Shown here: in pieces, positions 9,647 through 16,862 of the stretch | Numbering within the stretch: the stretch's first letter is position 1 | Layout: each line of letters starts with the position of its first letter | Assembly: GCA_964534625.1 (NCBI GenBank) | Contig: CAZHRF010000022.1 | Location: 1-45,836 of the forward strand | Direction: 5' to 3' | Length of the DNA: 45,836 nucleotides | Origin: an uncultured archaeon | GTDB lineage: Archaea > Asgardarchaeota > Heimdallarchaeia > Heimdallarchaeales > Heimdallarchaeaceae | Program-made: the position numbers and the translations under genes | Notes under the pieces: generated by a model | Seen by the model: only the letters and a program-made list of their open reading frames with translations | The model's database searches: none | What the model was told of the DNA's origin: nothing

Positions 9647-10204
9647 TTAATAGAGTTTAGACCCACAGTTAACGCAAAACTGTGCCGTGTCTGTATTAAC
9701 ATGACCACAATATGGACAATATGCATTTTCAGCTGGTCTTATGTGTTGGGCTTTTTGTTTCCTTGGTACTTCACTAAATTTTGGCGCAGGATGATAATCT
9801 GAGGATTGGCTCAATAATATTTTTCCATTATCAGGATCATATCTATAATTTATTTTTTCTTTCATTCTAAGATCCATTAACACCCTTAAAAGATTTGATT
9901 GATTAATACCGGTCTCACGTGAAAGTGTTTCCACTTTTACCGAAGTGTAATTATAACTCCTTATAGTAGAAAGAACGCGTTCTCTCATCCTTTTATCATT
10001 CATGTACTGACCAATGGCTCCAGAAAGGGATAAGAGACCAGGGATAAATAACCAATATCCCCAATTTGATAAGCCTAAAAAATCTATATTTGTATAACGA
10101 AAAACAATCGATAATGTTCCAAGTATGATAAAGAACATACCTGACCCAGATAAAGAAAATCTACCCTTGTAAGATTTTTTATAATAATACCTTGTATCGT
10201 TCAT
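9647..10204 (-). CDS. Membrane protein: 2 TM helices, winged-helix/PCI-like domain, C-terminal zinc ribbon
   Basis: Two hydrophobic segments, an HTH-like segment (VKVETLSRETG..LLRVLMDL..KINYRYD) and CPYCG..CVNCG. Confidence 0.7.
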   Translation of the reverse strand: MNDTRYYYKKSYKGRFSLSGSGMFFIILGTLSIVFRYTNIDFLGLSNWGYWLFIPGLLSLSGAIGQYMNDKRMRERVLSTIRSYNYTSVKVETLSRETGINQSNLLRVLMDLRMKEKINYRYDPDNGKILLSQSSDYHPAPKFSEVPRKQKAQHIRPAENAYCPYCGHVNTDTAQFCVNCGSKLY

Positions 10205-10269
10205 TTTATTTCATGCATAGAAGTTTTACAGTTTATATAAATATAAGTATATAAAGAAAAAATGAAGAA

Positions 10270-12090
10270 CTAAAGTCTTCGTTTGAAAAAGTCAAGAACC
10301 GTCTTATAACCACGTATTCGATATTCTTGGTCTGTACTGCCCCCATGTCCTATATCGCCGTATTCTACATATTCAAAGGTTTTTTTTCCTTCTCTTCCTT
10401 CTTTCCACCCAATTTCAATTAAATTGTCTCTAAAAACTCTTGCTTGAGTTATAGGACACCGTGGATCATTTATTCCATGGAATATTAATAGTGGCGCTTT
10501 AAGTCCTTCTATATGATTGATTGGCGATCTTTCTTCATATAACTCTGCTTCTTCTTCTGGTTTTCCAAATAACAAATCTAGATAATACTTAAAATGAGGC
10601 ATACTTTCTTCATATAATCTTTTCCAATCTGTTATACCCACTATTGCAGCTCCTGCCTTCCATATTTCTGGTTCCTTAACCATAGCATAAAAAGTCATAT
10701 ATCCGCCATAACTTCCTCCATAGATGCCAATTCTTTCAGAATCCACATAATCAAATTTTCTCATATATTCTGTAGCTGCTACAATATCTTTTAGATCCCC
10801 TCCACCTATGTCTTTTATATTTAATTCTTCAAATTCTTTCCCATACCCTGTCGAGCCTCTGAAATTTGGTTTGATCACAATGTAACCTTCATTCACGAGT
10901 ACTTGATCAAACATGCTAAAATTTCTAAAATATTGTCCTGTTGGACCACCATGAACATCAACTATTACAGGATACTTTTTTCCATTTTCAAGATTCTTTG
11001 GTTTATAGAGTACAGCACCTATCTTTAGCCCATCAAATGTTTCATACTCTACATATTCATCCTTTACAAAGAAAATTTCAGGTATATCGCTTAAATCAGG
11101 CGATATTAACTCTTCATATTCATCGTTTTCAAGATTGTATTTGACTAATGTGCTTGGTTGTATGGAGCTGTTCAATCTTACAATGAGATATTTATCATCT
11201 TTTGTTACACTAAGTCCAGCAGCTATTCCTGGTGGAAACTTTAGTTCTCTCTTTTCACCAGATTTAATATCAAAAATTAGTGGTCTTATAGTTGCGTTCA
11301 TATTTCTTAAAGCTATTAAGTGTTTGTTATCATTTGTAAATTTTCCCCCTCTCATTTCGTATTTTCCATCAGAGAGCCAGGTTGTCTTTCCTGTTTCAAG
11401 ACTATATACACCCAGTTGATAATTACCTGTATGATTTGAAAGAACTCCAAGATATTTTCCATCATTTGAAATGTCTGTTGCTCCATCAGTACAGTCATCT
11501 CCAAAACTAATTAATTTTCGTTTGTTAGAGCCATCAATATCCATAATCCATGTATCTAAATTTCTCATGTCATCAGTATCATTGTATCCAAATAGGATGT
11601 AATCATTTTGTTTGCTATACATTCCTCCTTGAATGGGTTTAGGGAAGTTTGTTAACTCTACAATTTCTGCTGTTTTTAGATTATATTTAAACAAATTAAC
11701 TTGTCCATTGCGTGTTGAAGAAAACAAGAGATAGGTACCATCTGGACTTGTATCAATAGCATATTCCTGGAATTTTGGAGTGTCAGTAATTTGTGTTACG
11801 TCACCCGTTTCAATTTCAATACTATATAAATTATGTTGCTCATCTCCATTTACATCCCTTGCAAATACTATTGATTTATCATCACGGGTCCAAACATATC
11901 CAGCTCTAATAGTTCTAGGGATATCACCATTGCTTATTTGTCGATAATTATGAGTTTTAATATCCATCACATAAAGTTCTAAACGACCAGTTTTATCCCA
12001 ATAAAAAGCCATTTTATCCTTTGCATGATTTAATTTTGTTAAATAAAATCTAGGCATACGGTTTAATTTTTCGAGTAAATCAAATGTCAT
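10270..12090 (-). CDS. S9 family peptidase (acylaminoacyl/dipeptidyl peptidase) with beta-propeller
   Basis: HGGP, RGSTGYG, GGSYGG, HGINDPRC and GHG catalytic motifs; start moved to MTFDLL because the track's extension overlaps tRNA-Phe. Confidence 0.93.
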   Translation of the reverse strand: MTFDLLEKLNRMPRFYLTKLNHAKDKMAFYWDKTGRLELYVMDIKTHNYRQISNGDIPRTIRAGYVWTRDDKSIVFARDVNGDEQHNLYSIEIETGDVTQITDTPKFQEYAIDTSPDGTYLLFSSTRNGQVNLFKYNLKTAEIVELTNFPKPIQGGMYSKQNDYILFGYNDTDDMRNLDTWIMDIDGSNKRKLISFGDDCTDGATDISNDGKYLGVLSNHTGNYQLGVYSLETGKTTWLSDGKYEMRGGKFTNDNKHLIALRNMNATIRPLIFDIKSGEKRELKFPPGIAAGLSVTKDDKYLIVRLNSSIQPSTLVKYNLENDEYEELISPDLSDIPEIFFVKDEYVEYETFDGLKIGAVLYKPKNLENGKKYPVIVDVHGGPTGQYFRNFSMFDQVLVNEGYIVIKPNFRGSTGYGKEFEELNIKDIGGGDLKDIVAATEYMRKFDYVDSERIGIYGGSYGGYMTFYAMVKEPEIWKAGAAIVGITDWKRLYEESMPHFKYYLDLLFGKPEEEAELYEERSPINHIEGLKAPLLIFHGINDPRCPITQARVFRDNLIEIGWKEGREGKKTFEYVEYGDIGHGGSTDQEYRIRGYKTVLDFFKRRL

Positions 12091-12211
12091 ACGAACAATA
12101 TGGTTCCGCTTATAAAAAAGATTACGAAAAAACATGCAAAATAGCCTCAAATATATCCAAAAGAAAACGAAAACACAGTTATGAAAGAAAATCAGATTAA
12201 AAAGAAGTTGG

Positions 12212-12322
12212 TGGAGCCCACGGTGTGATTTGAACACACGGCAACCAGATAACTGATTAGGTTATCTGTCGGGATAATACCAAACTTCAGTCTGGCGCTC
12301 TCCCGGGCTAAGCTACGTGGGC
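12212..12322 (-). tRNA. tRNA-Phe(GAA) with 34-nt intron at 37/38 (12251-12284)
   Basis: Cloverleaf GCCCACG/CGTGGGC, anticodon stem CCAGA/TCTGG, canonical BHB (CTGA/TCAG helix), encoded CCA. Confidence 0.93.
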
Positions 12323-12484
12323 AAAGAGTTGATTCAGGGAAGTTTTCTAAATCACTTATCTCTGTTGCTTTTATTATCTATTAAAAATCTTGCGTTTTTA
12401 ATCTTAATTATTTATATACCATAATAACTTTTAACGCGAAGTTCACAACTATCACTAGAAACAAGAATAATATATTTACATAAA

Positions 12485-12532
12485 ATTCAACAATACTTTC
12501 AAATTCAATCATTCAACAATACTTTCAAATTC
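12485..12532. repeat. Tandem direct repeat, 2 x 22 bp with 4-bp spacer
   Basis: ATTCAACAATACTTTCAAATTC at 12485-12506 and 12511-12532. Confidence 0.9.
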
Positions 12533-12592
12533 CAGTCGACAGACTATACTTGATTAAAACTAAATGCTGATTGAATAATATTATGTAAAAAA

Positions 12593-12667
12593 TGGAGCCC
12601 CGAAGGGGAATTGAACCCCCGGCCAACTGATTACAAGTCAGACGCTCTACCTCTGAGCTATCGAGGC
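12593..12667 (-). tRNA. tRNA-Thr(TGT)
   Basis: GCCTCGA...CTGA-CTTGTAA-TCAG...TCGGGGC-T-CCA. Confidence 0.95.
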
Positions 12668-12835
12668 GTAAAGTTTTTAATTTTCGCGAATAATCTACTT
12701 CATTATTCTGTTTGGAATGGATAATCTCCCTATAAAAAATTTTTTCATCTAGTACTAATAAATCATATTCAATATAATTTTAGTGAAGGCGTTGTAAATA
12801 TTGTTTTTAAACCATCAATTTGAATATTTTACGCA

Positions 12836-13147
12836 TTACGCACTATCGGCAGTTACTATTTCCATTAATCCTAATACTTCATTCAATTTTTTTTCTAGAT
12901 CTACACCAACTATTCCTGCTAATGCTAATGTACTTAGTAAACTTTCTATCAATTCGTCTTCTATACTAGGATCAGACTCTAGTCCTTCACAATCTTGCAT
13001 TATTTGATTTGCAAAAGCATCCAACATTCGCTCTCCTATGATTCTTGAAGGTATTTTTGGTATAGTTACAGTTTGTATTCTTTTCATACTATTTCGACTA
13101 TTGATCAATTCCATCAATTTCTGTTGTGCATCATTTATTGTAACCAT
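12836..13147 (-). CDS. MazG-like (all-alpha NTP pyrophosphatase fold) protein, degenerate
   Basis: N-terminal TINDAQ and C-terminal IEDEL...LAGIVGVDLEK resemble MazG-like proteins, but the acidic EExxE/ExxD motifs are eroded; start moved to MVTIND. Confidence 0.5.
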   Translation of the reverse strand: MVTINDAQQKLMELINSRNSMKRIQTVTIPKIPSRIIGERMLDAFANQIMQDCEGLESDPSIEDELIESLLSTLALAGIVGVDLEKKLNEVLGLMEIVTADSA

Positions 13148-13243
13148 TATTCTCACAGAACCTATACAGTTTTTCCTATATATAGTAAGTACTATAATAT
13201 TATTACTTATAAAAATGTCTATTATATCTGTGGAGATATTAGC

Positions 13244-13353
13244 GTTTCCACATGAAAAAAAGAGAGTTCTATGAAAATAGATGTCCATTCAAAATATGGG
13301 TTTCCCACGCCCTAATAACAAAAAGGAATATTTTCCACCCGAAATAAGGGGGT
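13244..13353 (+). other. Cluster of ORB-like (Orc1/Cdc6-binding) boxes; putative replication origin
   Basis: TTCCACCCGAAATAAGGGGG (13333-13352), TTCCACATGAAAAAAAGAGAG (13246-13266) and TCCATTCAAAATATGGG (13284-13300) in a ~460-bp intergenic region next to an AT-rich tract. Confidence 0.6.
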
Positions 13354-13611
13354 ACGTGACTTTAAACGGTTTCGAAAATTAAAGAAAGAGATGATGATTT
13401 ATGTCGGGAAATTAGATTCCGAGGTTCGAGGAAAAAATGTAATACCACCATATATATGCGTGTAACAAAGTCTAGCGATATTTGTGAGTAATTGGTTTAT
13501 TAACTTCTAACCAATAATAAATGAATGAACAAAAAACGGGATAATCGAAACAAATAAAAAAGGAATCAAACAAGAAGGAATAGAAATCCTAGCTATAGAA
13601 TGTTTTAACTA

Positions 13612-13688
13612 GGGCCGATAGTTTAGCTCGGGATAATGTCTCGCTTGCACCGAGAAGGTCGCGTGTTCAAATCACGCTCGGTCCACCA
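13612..13688 (+). tRNA. tRNA-Ala(TGC)
   Basis: GGGCCGA/TCGGTCC with G3:U70, TCTCG-CTTGCAC-CGAGA, encoded CCA. Confidence 0.95.
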
Positions 13689-13824
13689 TTTTCTTAAACA
13701 AATATTTTTTAACAGGTTTTCATCGCAATAGAGCCCTTTACTTTGTTTTTTACAGATTTACTTACTAACCAGATTAATGATAAAACGAAATGCTTTTGTA
13801 AATAAAAATAGAAAGAAACAAGCA

Positions 13825-15264
13825 ATGATAAAAGTATATAACACATTGACAAGAGAAGTTGAACCCTTTAATCCAATAGATACAAAGAATATACGTTGGT
13901 ACAACTGTGGCCCTACGGTATATGATCAACTTCATATCGGTCATGCTCGTTCTGCTGTTGCATTTGACACCATTAGACGTTATTTTCTTTTTCGCGATTT
14001 TGATGTCCAATACATAATGAATTTTACGGATATTGATGACAAAATGATTAAAAGAGCCCATGAAGAATCTCGTTCTGTTATGGAAGTTGCAGAAGAAAAT
14101 ATTTCGTACTATTATCGTGACATGGGTAAATTAAATGTACTTGATGCCACCCTTCATCCTCGTGCTATGTTACATATTCAACATATGATTAAGTTCATTC
14201 AACGTTTAATAGACAAGGGATATGCATATGAAAGTAATGGAGATGTTTACTTTGATATAAGAAAATCGGATGAATACGGGAAACTATCAGGTCAAAAACT
14301 TGAAAGCGTATTAGATGCCACAGAAGATTCTACCAATCCCAATAAACGTTTTCCTGCTGATTTTGCACTATGGAAGCAAAAAAAAGAAGGGGAACCAGCA
14401 TGGTTTTCTCCTTGGGGTGAAGGAAGACCAGGATGGCACATTGAATGTAGTGTTATGTCTACTACATATCTCGGAGATACACTCGATATTCATAGTGGAG
14501 GACAAGACCTTATTTTCCCACATCACGAAAACGAAATCCTTCAATCAGAATCTGCTACTGGAGAAAGATTTGTAAATTATTGGTTACACAATGGTTTTGT
14601 CCAAATAAATTCGGAAAAAATGAGTAAATCATTAGGGAATTTCATCACACTTTCTGAGTTATTTAAAAAATATTCTCCCAATGCAATTAGGCTTTACATA
14701 CTTATGACACATTATAGGCAACCTATTGATTTTACAGAGGCAGGATTAAAACAAGCAGAAATAACAGCTGAACGGTTATTTAGTGTTTTATTATTATCAA
14801 AAAGTTATGCAGAAGATATAAAACCATCAGATTCTTTGAATGAAACAGAACAAAAACTACTCAAATCTATTCAAAATTCGGAAAAAACATTTATTGAAGC
14901 AATGAATAATGATTTCAATACTAGTGAGGCATTAGCAGCTGTTTTTGGCTTAGAAAAAGACGTAAATGACTATCTTCGTAATGCAGACATAATAAATTCA
15001 AGCATAATGAACAAGGTAGATGCTTTTTTTGATAACTTTCGTTATGTTTTTGGACTATTTCCCAAACTAGGCGAGTTTGAATCACTGAGAACAATTGAAA
15101 AATTAGTGGAGTTACTGATCTCTTTAAGAAAAGAGTTTAGATCACAAAAGAAATGGGAAAAAAGTGACAATATAAGAGAAACATTAAAGGCAGCGGGAAT
15201 TGTATTAGAAGACAATCCAAAAAGAGTTTTATGGAAATTAAATAACCTTCATATTGTCGATTAA
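13825..15264 (+). CDS. cysS: Cysteine--tRNA ligase (class I)
   Basis: CGPTVYD, HIGH, GRPGWHIEC, DLIFPHHENE, KMSKS; start at MIKVYNT. Confidence 0.97.
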   Translation: MIKVYNTLTREVEPFNPIDTKNIRWYNCGPTVYDQLHIGHARSAVAFDTIRRYFLFRDFDVQYIMNFTDIDDKMIKRAHEESRSVMEVAEENISYYYRDMGKLNVLDATLHPRAMLHIQHMIKFIQRLIDKGYAYESNGDVYFDIRKSDEYGKLSGQKLESVLDATEDSTNPNKRFPADFALWKQKKEGEPAWFSPWGEGRPGWHIECSVMSTTYLGDTLDIHSGGQDLIFPHHENEILQSESATGERFVNYWLHNGFVQINSEKMSKSLGNFITLSELFKKYSPNAIRLYILMTHYRQPIDFTEAGLKQAEITAERLFSVLLLSKSYAEDIKPSDSLNETEQKLLKSIQNSEKTFIEAMNNDFNTSEALAAVFGLEKDVNDYLRNADIINSSIMNKVDAFFDNFRYVFGLFPKLGEFESLRTIEKLVELLISLRKEFRSQKKWEKSDNIRETLKAAGIVLEDNPKRVLWKLNNLHIVD

Positions 15265-15268
15265 GATA

Positions 15269-15703
15269 TTAGTTCATGCTAATTTTTTTGTTTTCCTTTT
15301 CCTTTTTCGTTTCCTTTTCTCTTTTATCAGATATTTTTTGGTCTACCAACGTACTACCCATATCAATTAGTATGCCATAGGCGATACCAGCTATAAATGT
15401 AGGTGTGTCAAGAAATGCGGTTGTAAAATAGAATGCAAGAGAAATAAAAGTGCCAAGAAGCATACCCCTAAAGCAAACATTGAACCAGTAATATATTCGA
15501 TCTTGAGTGAAAATAAAATGATCACTACTGACCCCAATAACTAATCCCATGATAAAACGATTATACCATAGAGCGAATAATAGTAAGGAAAGGTTACCAG
15601 AAAATGACGAGGTGAAAATACGTGTTCTAGCGCCAATTACGCAAACAATACCTAGGATAGACCCTAAAAGAATGGCTGTGAAAAGTTTTTTTAATTTATA
15701 CAT
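15269..15703 (-). CDS. Small multi-pass membrane protein, unknown function
   Basis: About 4 hydrophobic helices, WYNRFIMG segment, charged tail; TATA at 15731-15740. Confidence 0.75.
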   Translation of the reverse strand: MYKLKKLFTAILLGSILGIVCVIGARTRIFTSSFSGNLSLLLFALWYNRFIMGLVIGVSSDHFIFTQDRIYYWFNVCFRGMLLGTFISLAFYFTTAFLDTPTFIAGIAYGILIDMGSTLVDQKISDKREKETKKEKENKKISMN

Positions 15704-15771
15704 AATGTTTCATAAAAAAGGATAAAGAAGCTTATATAAACTATGTGAAAAAACAAAATAAGTGTAAAAAT

Positions 15772-15818
<47 letters not shown>

Positions 15819-15897
15819 CCATATTAAAGAAAAAAGTCTCATCGAACATTTTTTAAATAACTATGAGCGAACAATCATACTGAAAAAGGTGAATAGC

Positions 15898-16830
15898 ATG
15901 GATATGGATTTAAAAGATAGAGACTTATTAACACTGGCAGATTTTACACCAGAAGAGATAAGATACTTACTAGATGAGGCTACAAGATTCAAAAAAGAGT
16001 TTAAGGAATACAAAAGAGAAAAACCCCTAGAAGGTAGATCACTTGCAATGATATTTCAAAAAAGATCAACAAGAACAAGAGTATCAACAGAAACAGCAAT
16101 GTACTATCTAGGAGGACATGCAGTGTTTCTAAGTTCATCAGATATTCAATTGGGGGCAGGAGAAACAATAAAAGATACAGCAAGAGTACTATGTAGAATG
16201 AATGATGGAATACTAGCAAGAGTATATGAACACAAAGATGTGGAAGAACTAGCGAAATATTCAACAGTACCAGTGATAAATGCATTGTCAGATAAGTACC
16301 ATCCATTACAAATATTAGCAGATCTACTAACAATAGAAGAAAAAAAAGGACACCTAGAAGGACTAAAACTAGCGTGGGTAGGAGATGGAAATAACGTGAT
16401 TAACTCACTAGTGATAGGATGTGCAAAGATGGGAGTAGACGTGGCAGTGGCAACACCAAAAGGATATGAAGTAAAAGAAGAAGTGAAAAAAATAGCAAAA
16501 GAAATAGCAGAAGAAACAGGAGTAAAAATAATACATACATATGAAGCAGAAAAAGCAGTAGAAGAAGCAGATATAGTGGTGACAGATACGTTCGTGAGCA
16601 TGGGAGAAGAAGAAGAAGAAAAGAAAAAAATGAAAGCATTCGAAAAATATGTGGTGACAGAAGAACTAGTGAAAAATGCAAAAAAAGATTATATATTTAT
16701 GCACTGCTTACCATATAAGCATAAGGAAGTTGTCGAATCTGTTTTTGAATCGCCTAATTCTGTTGTTTTTGACGAGGCTGAGAATCGTCTCCATACTGTT
16801 ATGGCTGTTCTCAACGCTCTTATTCTCTAA
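15898..16830 (+). CDS. argF: Ornithine carbamoyltransferase
   Basis: STRTR, HPLQ, GDGNN, TDTFVSMG, HCLP, AENR; SD AGGTGA before ATG 15898. Confidence 0.96.
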   Translation: MDMDLKDRDLLTLADFTPEEIRYLLDEATRFKKEFKEYKREKPLEGRSLAMIFQKRSTRTRVSTETAMYYLGGHAVFLSSSDIQLGAGETIKDTARVLCRMNDGILARVYEHKDVEELAKYSTVPVINALSDKYHPLQILADLLTIEEKKGHLEGLKLAWVGDGNNVINSLVIGCAKMGVDVAVATPKGYEVKEEVKKIAKEIAEETGVKIIHTYEAEKAVEEADIVVTDTFVSMGEEEEEKKKMKAFEKYVVTEELVKNAKKDYIFMHCLPYKHKEVVESVFESPNSVVFDEAENRLHTVMAVLNALIL

Positions 16831-16862
16831 TTTTCTTTTTTTTCTTTCTTTCTTTCTTTTTC
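16831..16862 (+). terminator. 32-nt pyrimidine tract including (TTTC)n; archaeal U-rich terminator
   Basis: Immediately follows the argF stop; approximately the reverse complement of the tract at 15772-15796. Confidence 0.6.

Noticed and set aside
12091-12237. N-terminal extension of the S9 peptidase
   Set aside because: Overlaps tRNA-Phe and its T-rich terminator; not protein-like.
12485-12532. Possible mini-CRISPR array
   Set aside because: Only two 22-bp copies with a 4-bp gap; no spacer-length sequence and no cas genes. It is a simple tandem duplication.
13148-13288. Coding potential of ORFs 13038-13274, 13073-13255 and the 5' extension of 12836-13288
   Set aside because: AT-rich intergenic sequence containing ORB-like boxes; translations are not protein-like.
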